The position numbers and the translations under genes are program-made. Shown here piece after piece: positions 1-8,619 of a DNA stretch of 64,000 bases; positions within the stretch are counted from its first letter, which is position 1; each line of letters begins with the position of its first letter. This stretch comes from Candidatus Binataceae bacterium (lineage in GTDB: Bacteria; Desulfobacterota; Binatia; Binatales; Binataceae). A model generated the notes under the pieces. It saw nothing but the letters and a program-made list of their open reading frames with translations. It had not been told where the DNA came from and did no database searches. The DNA lies in NCBI GenBank assembly GCA_052146355.1, contig JBKQNE010000049.1, positions 20,031 to 84,030 of the forward strand, written 5' to 3'.

Positions 1-86
1 AGGTCAACCTGATTGTCGAGGTAGTTGCGTTCCTCAGCCTCGATATCGTCGCCCTTGAAGTTGAACGTGACGAAATTCAAATACAT
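1..86 (-). CDS. hypothetical protein, N-terminal fragment only (gene runs off the left edge)
   Basis: ATG at 86..84 on the minus strand opens MYLNFVTFNFKGDDIEAEERNYLDNQVDL..., 18 nt downstream of the SDR stop at 105. Too short to assign a family. Confidence 0.3.
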   Translation of the reverse strand, partial: MYLNFVTFNFKGDDIEAEERNYLDNQVD

Positions 87-104
87 CGCAAGTCACGCCC
101 TAAA

Positions 105-863
105 TCAGATCACATACCCACCGTTCGGGCTAACCACCTGCCCAACCATGAAGTTGGAGTCCTCCGAGGCAAGGAACAATGCCGCCGCCGCGATATCGCG
201 CGGCTCGCCGAAGCGGCCCGCCGGCGTTACGGCGACGATCTGCCGACGCATATCTTCCGTTATCGGTGCAGTCATCGGCGTTTCGATGAATCCCGGCGCG
301 ATACAATTGACCAGAATTCCGTGACCGACAACCTCCTTCGCCAACGCCTTGCTGAACGAAATGATTCCGCCCTTCGCCGCGGAATATGCCACCGCATTGG
401 GGAGGCCGGTGGTTCCGGCGATCGAGCCCAGGTTGATGATACGTCCCGACTTGCGGGGAATCATTACCTTGAGCGCCTCGCGCGTGCAGTAAAAGGTGGA
501 ATCGAGATGAGTCGCCAGCATCTTGTGCCAGTCGTGATCGGTGACGTCCTGCAACCCGGTGAATTCATTCGCCTCGCGCGTGCGGCCGATCCCGGCGTTG
601 TTGATGAGCACATCGATAGTGCCGAACGCCGCGATGAAGTCGGCGAACATTTTCTTCACGGCCTCGCTCGATGAGACATCGGCGACGAATGCGCGCGCCT
701 TTCCGCCCGCGCGCTCAATCTCGGTCGCGACATTCTGCGCGGATTCGGTGCGAATATCGTTAACCCCGATCTTCGCCCCCTCGCGCGCGAAGGTCAGACC
801 CATCTCGCGGCCGAGGCCCGAGCCCCCGCCGGTGATCAACACGACTTTGTCCTTGAGCTTCAT
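105..863 (-). CDS. SDR family oxidoreductase (FabG-like)
   Basis: 252-aa ORF with TGGGSGLG dinucleotide motif, NNAG, and the YSAAK (YxxxK) catalytic signature of classical SDRs. Confidence 0.9.
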   Translation of the reverse strand: MKLKDKVVLITGGGSGLGREMGLTFAREGAKIGVNDIRTESAQNVATEIERAGGKARAFVADVSSSEAVKKMFADFIAAFGTIDVLINNAGIGRTREANEFTGLQDVTDHDWHKMLATHLDSTFYCTREALKVMIPRKSGRIINLGSIAGTTGLPNAVAYSAAKGGIISFSKALAKEVVGHGILVNCIAPGFIETPMTAPITEDMRRQIVAVTPAGRFGEPRDIAAAALFLASEDSNFMVGQVVSPNGGYVI

Positions 864-870
864 CGCATCC

Positions 871-1215
871 TCACGCTTTCGGCTTCCCTTCGCGCAGTTG
901 TCGTTTCCAGTCGAGCCGGCGAGCCTCCGCGCCGGCGGCTTCAGCTTCCGGAACCATATTTTTCTTCTGGTAGAACATGCTGAGATTCGTGAAGGCCAGG
1001 ATGTCCTCAGGTGCCTGCTCTATATGCTTCTTGGTCAATTCGATTGCCATATCGAGATCGCCCTTGGCCTGATAGCACATCGCGAGCCCGTGGACTGCAT
1101 CGATGTACTTCGGATCTATCTCGAGAGCCTTCTTGTAAGTTTCAATCGCCTCGTCGTATTTCTGGTCGGCGTACAGGTCGACCGCCTCATCATAAAGATC
1201 TTCCGCATCAGGCAT
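871..1215 (-). CDS. tetratricopeptide repeat protein
   Basis: 114-aa ORF with TPR-like 34-residue repeats (YDEAIETYKKALEIDPKY, AVHGLAMCYQAKGDLDMAIE). Sits 8 nt upstream of the SDR gene. Confidence 0.75.
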   Translation of the reverse strand: MPDAEDLYDEAVDLYADQKYDEAIETYKKALEIDPKYIDAVHGLAMCYQAKGDLDMAIELTKKHIEQAPEDILAFTNLSMFYQKKNMVPEAEAAGAEARRLDWKRQLREGKPKA

Positions 1216-1333
1216 CGCTTTTTCTCTCCCCGACGCGCAGCGTCCACCGGCAAGTAGCTGGAATCAAATCCCCACCGGCCCGCCGCGCGCCGTATTTCCG
1301 CGTCACCGAGTCTTATATAATAGCGACTGTCCG

Positions 1334-1651
1334 ATGGATAATTCACCCGCAATCACTGAAGCCGAAGTCTACGAAGTCCTGCGCGAGTGCTACGACCCGG
1401 AGATTCCCGTCAACATCGTTGACCTCGGTCTGATCTACGGCGTGGTGCTGCAGGAGGGCATCATCAACATCACGATGACGCTGACCGCGCCGGGATGCCA
1501 CATGGGTGCGATGATCACGCAGGAGATTCAGGACAAGCTGCTCGGCCTCCCCGGCTGCGAGGACGCGAACATCGAACTGGTGTGGGATCCCCCCTGGAAC
1601 CCGCAGATGATGAGCGACGCCGCCCGCGAGAAACTCCGCCTCAACGACTGA
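1334..1651 (+). CDS. DUF59/MIP18-family Fe-S assembly protein (SufT/PaaD-like)
   Basis: 105-aa ORF. The stretch DPEIPVNIVDLGLIY ... TLTAPGCHMG is the typical DUF59 signature with the conserved Cys. Confidence 0.8.
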   Translation: MDNSPAITEAEVYEVLRECYDPEIPVNIVDLGLIYGVVLQEGIINITMTLTAPGCHMGAMITQEIQDKLLGLPGCEDANIELVWDPPWNPQMMSDAAREKLRLND

Positions 1652-1795
1652 ACAAACTCCCTCATCAGCACTTAGACGCTACGCGTCACCGGCGAGACGC
1701 CGGTGATACTCCAGAAAAGAAAAATTCAGTGGGGCGGGCGTCCCGCCCGCCAATGGATGTGCGAGCGCTGCGCCCGCGCCACATTCATTCGCCTG

Positions 1796-3406
1796 CTACT
1801 CTGGATCGATCAACACTCCCGGATTGAGTATGCCGCGCGGATCGAGCGCGCGCTTCGCCGCTTTCAGGGCGCGTGCAAAGCCTTCCGGGCGCTGGCGGTC
1901 GTACCACGGGCGATGGTCGCGGCCGACGGAGTGATGATGCGTGATCGTGCCGCCGAGTTTGATTAGCCGGTCGGACACCGCCTCCTTGATCTCGTCCCAC
2001 TGCTCCATCTCGGAACCGCGGCGGCCCGGCGCGAGGATCGTGTAGTAAGGCGCGGGACCATCGGGATAAACGTGCGTGAAGCGGCACGTGACCGTGCCCT
2101 TGCCGCACACTCGTTTCACCGCGTCGGTGGCGCACTCCATTATCTGGCGATGGAAGTCGGGAAACCTCTCCCAGGTGATCGCCGTTTCAAAAGTGTCGCT
2201 GACCATGCCCATCGCGACGACCGTGTCGCGCAGATACGGCGCGTTCAGAAATGCGTTGCGCCACGCGCCTGCCGCGCCTTCGTGAGTCGCTTTTTCGTCG
2301 CTGCGCGTCTTGCCCGCGTCAATGGGCACTCGGCCACCGTGATCGGCGCAACATTCGAGCGCCCGTTTGATCCAGGGCTCCAGCGGATGGTCCGCGGACT
2401 CAAATGCGAGCACCAGCACGGCTTCATTCTTCTCGGTCGCACCCGAGTTGAATGCCTCACCGGGATCGAGCAACCGGCAATTCGCCGGATAGAGGCCAGC
2501 CTGCGAGATCTGCCGCACCGCATTGGCGGCCGAGATGAAGTCATCGAACGGCACCGATGCTCCCGCGCGGAACGTCGGCCGGTCCTGCAGGCGCATCCAC
2601 GCCTCGGTCAGAATCCCCAAAATTCCCTCGGACCCGATGAACATCCGGTCGGGGCTCGGCCCCGCGCCTGAACCGGGAAGCCGCCGTGACTCGACGATTC
2701 CGGTCGGCGTGACCACGCGCACCGACTCCACGAAATCGTCGATGTGCGTGTAGAGCGTCGCGAAATGGCCGCCGGATCGAGTGACGATCCAACCGCCGAG
2801 CGATGAAAATTCGAACGACTGCGGAAAATGGCGGATCGTATAGCCGTGCGGGCGGAGTTGATCGTCCAGCGCGGGTCCCAGCACGCCGCCCTGGATTCGC
2901 GCCGCGCGCGAGAGTTTGTCGACTTCAAGCACGCGATCGAGATGCTTCAGGTCGATCGAGACCGCACCATGATATCTGTCGCCGGCCGGCGGCTCTATAC
3001 CGCCGACGACGCTCGATCCTCCGCCAAACGGCACGGCAGCAAGATTGGAGCTGTCACACCATTCGAGCACGCGGATCACGTCCTGTTCGTCCCGCGGATA
3101 CGCGACTACATCGAAGGGGTTCGGAAAATATCTGCGGAACGCCCGCACGACATCGCGAAAGCTGCTGCCGTAGCTGTGTAGTGCGCGATCGTAGGTCGCG
3201 CTGGAACAGATCGCGGCGAGCGAGTCGGGCGGCGAGACTCGGGGCGCGCGCAGGTTGAGCTCGCTCTCTTTGGGCGGCGGCGTAAGTTCGAAGCCATCGA
3301 GGCCAAACCGTTTCGCCATCCGGTCCGCAATGTGCCGCTGCTGATCGGGGTTGGGGCCCTGATCTTCGTAGCCCCACCCCCAGAATTTGCGCTTGCGCTC
3401 AGCCAT
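1796..3406 (-). CDS. FAD-linked oxidase, alkyl-dihydroxyacetonephosphate synthase-like (AgpS type)
   Basis: 536-aa ORF with N-terminal FWGWGYED motif and PCMH-type FAD-binding domain (AVPFGGGSSVVGG). Length and layout match bacterial AgpS-like proteins. Confidence 0.75.
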   Translation of the reverse strand: MAERKRKFWGWGYEDQGPNPDQQRHIADRMAKRFGLDGFELTPPPKESELNLRAPRVSPPDSLAAICSSATYDRALHSYGSSFRDVVRAFRRYFPNPFDVVAYPRDEQDVIRVLEWCDSSNLAAVPFGGGSSVVGGIEPPAGDRYHGAVSIDLKHLDRVLEVDKLSRAARIQGGVLGPALDDQLRPHGYTIRHFPQSFEFSSLGGWIVTRSGGHFATLYTHIDDFVESVRVVTPTGIVESRRLPGSGAGPSPDRMFIGSEGILGILTEAWMRLQDRPTFRAGASVPFDDFISAANAVRQISQAGLYPANCRLLDPGEAFNSGATEKNEAVLVLAFESADHPLEPWIKRALECCADHGGRVPIDAGKTRSDEKATHEGAAGAWRNAFLNAPYLRDTVVAMGMVSDTFETAITWERFPDFHRQIMECATDAVKRVCGKGTVTCRFTHVYPDGPAPYYTILAPGRRGSEMEQWDEIKEAVSDRLIKLGGTITHHHSVGRDHRPWYDRQRPEGFARALKAAKRALDPRGILNPGVLIDPE

Positions 3407-3575
3407 CGCTCGATCCTCCGAATATCGCGTCGTGACGAATCAGGATTCTGCGCCCGCCTTGCGCGCCAGCGCAAACCTGCCGCCATCTTCCGGCAGTGCT
3501 GTCAGGCGCACGCCGCTTGTGTGATTCGCTTCCAGGTCGTATGTCTCGGTTTGAATCCTCGACCAAGGAACACAG

Positions 3576-4457
3576 ATGAGCGAAGAAACCATTTCCGCCG
3601 CCGATCCGCATCCGCGCAAGAACCTTGATCTCCTCGGCACGTCGATGTCGTATGCCGACACGGGGAGCGGCGATCCGGTCGTGTTCCTCCACGGCAACCC
3701 GACATCGTCGTACTTGTGGCGCAACGTCATCCCGCACGTTGCGCCGATGGCGCGATGCATCGCGCCCGACCTGATCGGCATGGGCGCATCGGGACCCTCC
3801 GCCACCGGCTCCTATCGATTCGCCGATCATTCACGGCATCTCGACGCGTTCCTCGAGGGCGTCCTGCCCAGCGGCAAAGTCACCCTCGTCGTACATGACT
3901 GGGGATCGTCGCTGGGCTTCGACTGGGCTAACCGTCATCGCGATCGCGTCAAGGGAATCGCATATATGGAAGCGATCGTGCGGCCACTCGTCTGGGCGGA
4001 ATGGTCACCACGCGCGGTCGACGTCTTCAAAGCGATGCGCAGTCCGGCCGGCGAGGACATGATCCTCAACAAGAACACTTTCGTGGAGCGCATCCTGCCC
4101 GGCAGCGTGCTCCGCAAGCTCACCGATGCGGAGATGGAAAACTATCGCAGGCCGTTTCGCGAACCCGGCGAATCGCGCCGGCCGACCTTGCAATGGCCGC
4201 GCGAGATACCGCTGGAAGGCGAGCCCGCTGATGTGGTCGCGGTCGCCAAAGGCTATTCCGAGTGGCTCGCGCAAAGTCCGGTTCCCAAGCTTTTCGTCAA
4301 TGCCGACCCCGGAGCGATTTTGATCGGAGCGCAGCGCGAGTTCTGCCGCAAATGGCCGAACCAGCGCGAGGTAACGGTCAAGGGTGTGCACTTTATCCAG
4401 GAAGACTCGCCGCACGAGATCGGCCGCGCGATCGCCGAATGGTACCGGACTCTGTGA
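3576..4457 (+). CDS. haloalkane dehalogenase, HLD-II subfamily
   Basis: 293-aa alpha/beta hydrolase. HGNPTSSYLWRN supplies the halide-binding Asn, HDWGS the nucleophile Asp plus Trp, YMEAI the catalytic Glu, and HFIQEDSP the catalytic His. Confidence 0.9.
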   Translation: MSEETISAADPHPRKNLDLLGTSMSYADTGSGDPVVFLHGNPTSSYLWRNVIPHVAPMARCIAPDLIGMGASGPSATGSYRFADHSRHLDAFLEGVLPSGKVTLVVHDWGSSLGFDWANRHRDRVKGIAYMEAIVRPLVWAEWSPRAVDVFKAMRSPAGEDMILNKNTFVERILPGSVLRKLTDAEMENYRRPFREPGESRRPTLQWPREIPLEGEPADVVAVAKGYSEWLAQSPVPKLFVNADPGAILIGAQREFCRKWPNQREVTVKGVHFIQEDSPHEIGRAIAEWYRTL

Positions 4458-4500
4458 GAAACGGCGCTCACCATTCGTAAGACCGGGAGGAATATTGGCA

Positions 4501-5295
4501 ATGGCGGAATATTCGACGCTCACTTTTGAAGTCAAAAACAACGTCGGTCACGTCGCGTTCAACCGCCCTGAGTCCGCCAACGGAATCAATCTCGAGTTGG
4601 CGCGCGAGTTCAGCGACGCGATCCGAAGATGCGCCGAAAGCCACGAGGTGCGGGCGGTCCTGCTGACCGGCAACGGAAAGCTGTTCTGCGCCGGCGGCGA
4701 CGTCAAAGCTTTCGCCGCACAGCCACCCGGAGAGCTGCCCGACTATTTGCGCGAAGTAACTCATTTTCTGCACGGCGCGATCTCGACTTTCTCACACATG
4801 AGTTCGCCGATCGTCGCCGCCGTGCACGGCAGCGCCGCGGGCGCGGGATTCAGCCTGGCGTGCGCGTGCGACTTTGTGTTCGCGGCGGAAACAGCGAAAT
4901 TTACGATGGCTTATACGCGGCTCGGTCTCACGCCCGATGGTTCCGCGACTTATTTTCTGCCGCGTATCGTGGGATATCGAAGAGCGCTCCAACTGGCGAT
5001 TGCCAATCCTGTCCTGACCGCTGACCAGGCCCAGGTCCTCGCTATCGTGACTCGCGTCGTTCCCGATGCCGACCTGCTTACCAGCGCCCGCGCGTTCGCC
5101 GAAGAGCTTGCCGCGGGCCCCACGCAGGCGTTCGGCGGCGTGAAACGATTGTTGCTGGATAACGCCACCAACAATCTGGAAGCGCAGATGGCGCATGAGA
5201 CGGACTGGATCGCGGAGATGGCGCGCGCCAAAGACGGCCGAGAGGGCATCAAAGCGTTTGTCGAGAAGCGCGCCCCGAAGTTCAGGGGAGAATAG
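4501..5295 (+). CDS. enoyl-CoA hydratase/isomerase family protein
   Basis: Crotonase-fold motifs FCAGGDV and GSAAGAGFSLA. I chose the ATG at 4501 because the upstream part of the 4384 ORF overlaps the dehalogenase gene. Confidence 0.85.
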   Translation: MAEYSTLTFEVKNNVGHVAFNRPESANGINLELAREFSDAIRRCAESHEVRAVLLTGNGKLFCAGGDVKAFAAQPPGELPDYLREVTHFLHGAISTFSHMSSPIVAAVHGSAAGAGFSLACACDFVFAAETAKFTMAYTRLGLTPDGSATYFLPRIVGYRRALQLAIANPVLTADQAQVLAIVTRVVPDADLLTSARAFAEELAAGPTQAFGGVKRLLLDNATNNLEAQMAHETDWIAEMARAKDGREGIKAFVEKRAPKFRGE

Positions 5296-5452
5296 AAACC
5301 CTCTTCTCCGCGACTACGCGCAGCGCCAATGCTTCGACTGCGGCGAGAGCCTCATCGCGCGTTTGGCCATAGGCGAGTACTCCGGGCAGATGGGGAACCT
5401 CACCGATCCACCGACCGTCGGTCTCTCGCTCCAATTCCATCTTGAGCTTCAT
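5282..5452 (-). CDS. HicB-like antitoxin-fold small protein (56 aa)
   Basis: Hand-translated and below the ORF-track size cutoff: MKLKMELERETDGRWIGEVPHLPGVLAYGQTRDEALAAVEALALRVVAEKRVSILP. The DGxWxxEVPxLPGxxxxGxTxxEA pattern is typical of the HicB/UPF0150 N-terminal fold. Confidence 0.5.
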   Translation of the reverse strand: MKLKMELERETDGRWIGEVPHLPGVLAYGQTRDEALAAVEALALRVVAEKRVSILP

Positions 5453-5477
5453 CGCGCGGATTATATCAGATCGCCGA

Positions 5478-6998
5478 TCAGCGGCCGCCGCCGGCTGAGG
5501 TCGGCGCGGATTCCGGCGGACGCGCCGTGCGGTTCGGCGGATGGATGTACAGCAGCGACGCGTCCGGCCGCCCTGTCGTGTGCATCTTGGGCGGGCGCAT
5601 CTCGTATTTCACTGCCTGCGAATGCTCGGCGAACTGGCGCTCGGGGTTGTAGACCTTGTTGAACTTCCAGAGCATCTTGATGAAATTGGTCTGCCCCTTG
5701 AGCATCAGCTTGCCAGCGATCGATGCGACTTCCTTCAGCGCCTGGAAGCCGAGATGCTTCCGATTGAGCACGTCCTGGGTCTTTACCAGCTCCTGGTAAA
5801 ACTTCAGGAGCGGCAGCTTGGTGGGCAGCACCGCATGCTGGATATCGTACAGACGATAGTCCAGCGTGGTCAGCTTGCGCGCCTCGGTAAACCACAGTTC
5901 CGTGCCCGGATAAGGCGTCGCCACGGTGAGATGAACGATTTCGGGAACGCTCATCGCCCATTCGCGAATAACCTCGAACCGGCGCTCATCCCATGAAGGA
6001 TCCGCAATCAGGTTTATCGCTACGGTCAGACCGATTTCGCGTGCGACTTCGAGCGCCTTGATATTGGTGCCGGTGGACGAGCGCTTGCGATGGAGCTTCA
6101 GTCCTTCTTCATCGATCGCTTCCAACCCAAGGAACATGTACTCCAGCCCAAGCCTGCGCCAGTACTGAAACACTTCCTTGTTGCGAATCAGAACGTCGGC
6201 ACGAGTCTCGAGGTAGTACTGTTTCTTGATCTTGCGCTTTTCGAGTTCGTGACCGATCGCGAAGCCGTGCTCCGGATGGATGAACGCGACGTCGTCGACG
6301 ATGAAGACGTTGGGCTCCTTGATCGAAGCCATGTCTTCGGCCGCCGCTTCCGCCGTCGATTTGCGATAGCTGCGTCCGTAAAAGGTCCACGCGCTGCAGA
6401 ACGAGCAATCCCACGGACATCCGCGCGTAAACTCGATCGACGCGCAGGGATCCAGCACGCCGATGAAATATTTGTTGCGCCGCCGCCCCAAATCGCGCGC
6501 GGGAAAATACTTGTCGAGATCGTCGAGCATTACCGGCGTCGGACCGGAGCCCTGCGTGGTGATGACGCCCGGAACCTTGGTGATTGAATCGGTCCCGATC
6601 GCCTCCAGCAACATCTGCGCGCTGCTCTCGCCCTCGCCGCGCACGACGCAATCGACCGCGCCCTCGGCGTGCTCGAGTATTTCGTCGGCGACGAACGAAC
6701 CGCTGTGTCCGCCGACAAAGATGAAGCAATCGCGATCGCGCGCCTTGAGTGCCTTGGCCAGGTCGATCACTTCCGGCACGTTGGCGAGATAGTTCACTGA
6801 GAACCCAACCGCCTGCGGCTTGAAGTCGGCGAACTCCCGGTAGAGTTCACGATGCTGAAAAATCTGGAGGTCGATGATGCGGACGTCGTGCCCCGCCGCG
6901 CGCACGGCTGCCGCGACGCGTTCCATCCCCAGCGGTTCCAGCCGTAGATAGATCTCGCTGTACATCAAGGGGCTAGGATGAACGAACAGAACCCGCAT
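5478..6998 (-). CDS. B12-binding domain radical SAM protein (class B; possible hopanoid methylase HpnR/HpnP type)
   Basis: N-terminal cobalamin-binding Rossmann-like domain (RVLFVHPSP..., FVGGHSGS) followed by CPWDCSFC (CxxxCxxC). The ATG at 6998 is preceded by GGAGGG. The specific methylase assignment is from memory of family N-termini only. Confidence 0.85.
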   Translation of the reverse strand: MRVLFVHPSPLMYSEIYLRLEPLGMERVAAAVRAAGHDVRIIDLQIFQHRELYREFADFKPQAVGFSVNYLANVPEVIDLAKALKARDRDCFIFVGGHSGSFVADEILEHAEGAVDCVVRGEGESSAQMLLEAIGTDSITKVPGVITTQGSGPTPVMLDDLDKYFPARDLGRRRNKYFIGVLDPCASIEFTRGCPWDCSFCSAWTFYGRSYRKSTAEAAAEDMASIKEPNVFIVDDVAFIHPEHGFAIGHELEKRKIKKQYYLETRADVLIRNKEVFQYWRRLGLEYMFLGLEAIDEEGLKLHRKRSSTGTNIKALEVAREIGLTVAINLIADPSWDERRFEVIREWAMSVPEIVHLTVATPYPGTELWFTEARKLTTLDYRLYDIQHAVLPTKLPLLKFYQELVKTQDVLNRKHLGFQALKEVASIAGKLMLKGQTNFIKMLWKFNKVYNPERQFAEHSQAVKYEMRPPKMHTTGRPDASLLYIHPPNRTARPPESAPTSAGGGR

Positions 6999-7475
6999 CA
7001 ATTTCCCTCCTGCGGACCCATCAGGCGTCGCGGCTGCTCTTTGTCACGAGCAGGATTTGCCCGGACGCCGCGTGCCTGACCAATCGGCCAGTCGGGCGCA
7101 TTGTAGCCCGCAAACGTGGCTTTGGAAATAGTCTCGTAACGCGCCGGCGGGTCTTTTTTGAGACCGCGACTGGAGTCATGCTCTGCACATGGCGACCGTG
7201 CGCAAACCGCACCGGGATTTGACGCTGATCCTGATACTGATCGTCGCCCTGATCGACGGGATCCTGATAGCCATCGTGAGGGTGCGGTCCATACAAGACA
7301 TGGGCCTCGACCTCAACGTACGTCCACCGCATCAGGCGGTGCAGCGGTCCACGCAGCCTTAGGGCCTTGCTCTTGACAAGCTCGGCGCCGCGCCGGAATT
7401 TGAGCGCAGGTCGTTCGTTTTACAACCCATCATCAAGCGCGCGGAGACATCTCAGCTCCGCGTGACGAGGAAACC

Positions 7476-8495
7476 ATGCAGTACGCAAAGCTCGGACGGA
7501 CCGGACTCTCTGTCTCACGCATCTGCCTCGGGTGCATGAGCTATGGCGACAAGAAATGGCGCGATTGGGTGCTGACGGTCGAAGAGGCTCGCGAGCATTT
7601 CGCGGAATCGCTCGAAGCAGGGATCAATTTCTTCGACACGGCCAACGTCTACTCGGTGGGCGTCAGCGAAGAGATCACCGGGCGATGGCTCAACGAGATG
7701 GCGAATCGCGATGAGATCGTGGTCGCGACCAAGGTCCACGGACCAATGGCCTCGGGACAAAACCGCGGCGGCCTGTCGCGCAAGCACATCCTGCAATCCT
7801 GCGACGCATCGCTGAAGCGGCTGCGCATGGATTACATCGACCTGTATCAAATCCATCGATGGGACTTCACGGTGCCGATCGAAGAGACGCTCGAGGCGCT
7901 CGACTCGCTCGTGCGCGCAGGCAAAGTGCGCTACCTGGGCGCAAGCTCGATGGCGGCGTGGCAGTTCGCCAAGGCGCTCTTTCTGCAAAAGGAAAACGGA
8001 TGGCATCGATTCGTCTCGATGCAGAATCACTACAACCTCGTGTATCGCGAAGAAGAACGCGAGATGAATCCGCTCTGCATCGACCAGGGCGTCGGACTGA
8101 TCCCATGGAGTCCGCTCGCGCGCGGCTTCCTGGCGGGCAATCGCAGCGCAGCCGACAAGGGCGGAGAAACGACACGCGCCAAATCCGACGACTTCGCCAA
8201 GGGGATGTACTTCCGCGAAAGCGACTTCGAGGTGCTGAGCGCCGTCGAGAAGATTGCCAAGGAGCGCGGCGTGACGCCTTCGCAAATCGCCTGCGCGTGG
8301 ATCCTGCAAGCGCCCGGAGTCAGCGCGCCGATAATCGGCGCAACCAAACTCAAGCACCTGAAGGAGACAATCGCGGCAGTCGAGATCAAGCTCAGCGCGG
8401 AGGAAGTGAAGGAACTGGAAAAAGCATATACTCCCCATCCGATCCTCGGCCACGCGCAACCCAACCCAAAGCGGATGGCAGCTCAGGCCGCGTGA
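7476..8495 (+). CDS. aldo/keto reductase
   Basis: 339-aa ORF with LGRTGLSVSRICLGCMSYG N-terminus, FFDTANVY and other AKR (Tas/YajO-like) blocks. Confidence 0.9.
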   Translation: MQYAKLGRTGLSVSRICLGCMSYGDKKWRDWVLTVEEAREHFAESLEAGINFFDTANVYSVGVSEEITGRWLNEMANRDEIVVATKVHGPMASGQNRGGLSRKHILQSCDASLKRLRMDYIDLYQIHRWDFTVPIEETLEALDSLVRAGKVRYLGASSMAAWQFAKALFLQKENGWHRFVSMQNHYNLVYREEEREMNPLCIDQGVGLIPWSPLARGFLAGNRSAADKGGETTRAKSDDFAKGMYFRESDFEVLSAVEKIAKERGVTPSQIACAWILQAPGVSAPIIGATKLKHLKETIAAVEIKLSAEEVKELEKAYTPHPILGHAQPNPKRMAAQAA

Positions 8496-8512
8496 TCGCC
8501 CGGTCAAGATTG

Positions 8513-8603
8513 CCCCTCGCCCGCTATGTTGCGGGAGAGGGCAAGCGGCGCGGCTCTTGCGCTTTTTTTCGCAAGAGCCGTGACGCGTGGGTGAGGGCGC
8601 TGC
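8513..8603. repeat. REP-like palindromic element, family A (copy 1)
   Basis: Sequence ccctcgcccgc...gcgggagagggcaagcggcgcggctcttgcg-ttttttt-cgcaagagccgtgacgcgtgggtgagggc. Its reverse complement recurs at about 90 percent identity by eye at 59598..59686. Confidence 0.6.
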
Positions 8604-8619
8604 TACCCGGGACAATCGC

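Noticed and set aside
7189-7362. A 57-codon plus-strand ORF with one predicted TM helix (MATVRKPHRDLTLILILIVALIDGILIAIV...) in the spacer upstream of the radical SAM gene.
   Set aside because: It has no recognisable family and no obvious SD. It uses three ATA codons, which is unusual in this GC-rich genome. It could still be a real small membrane protein, but it is unsupported.
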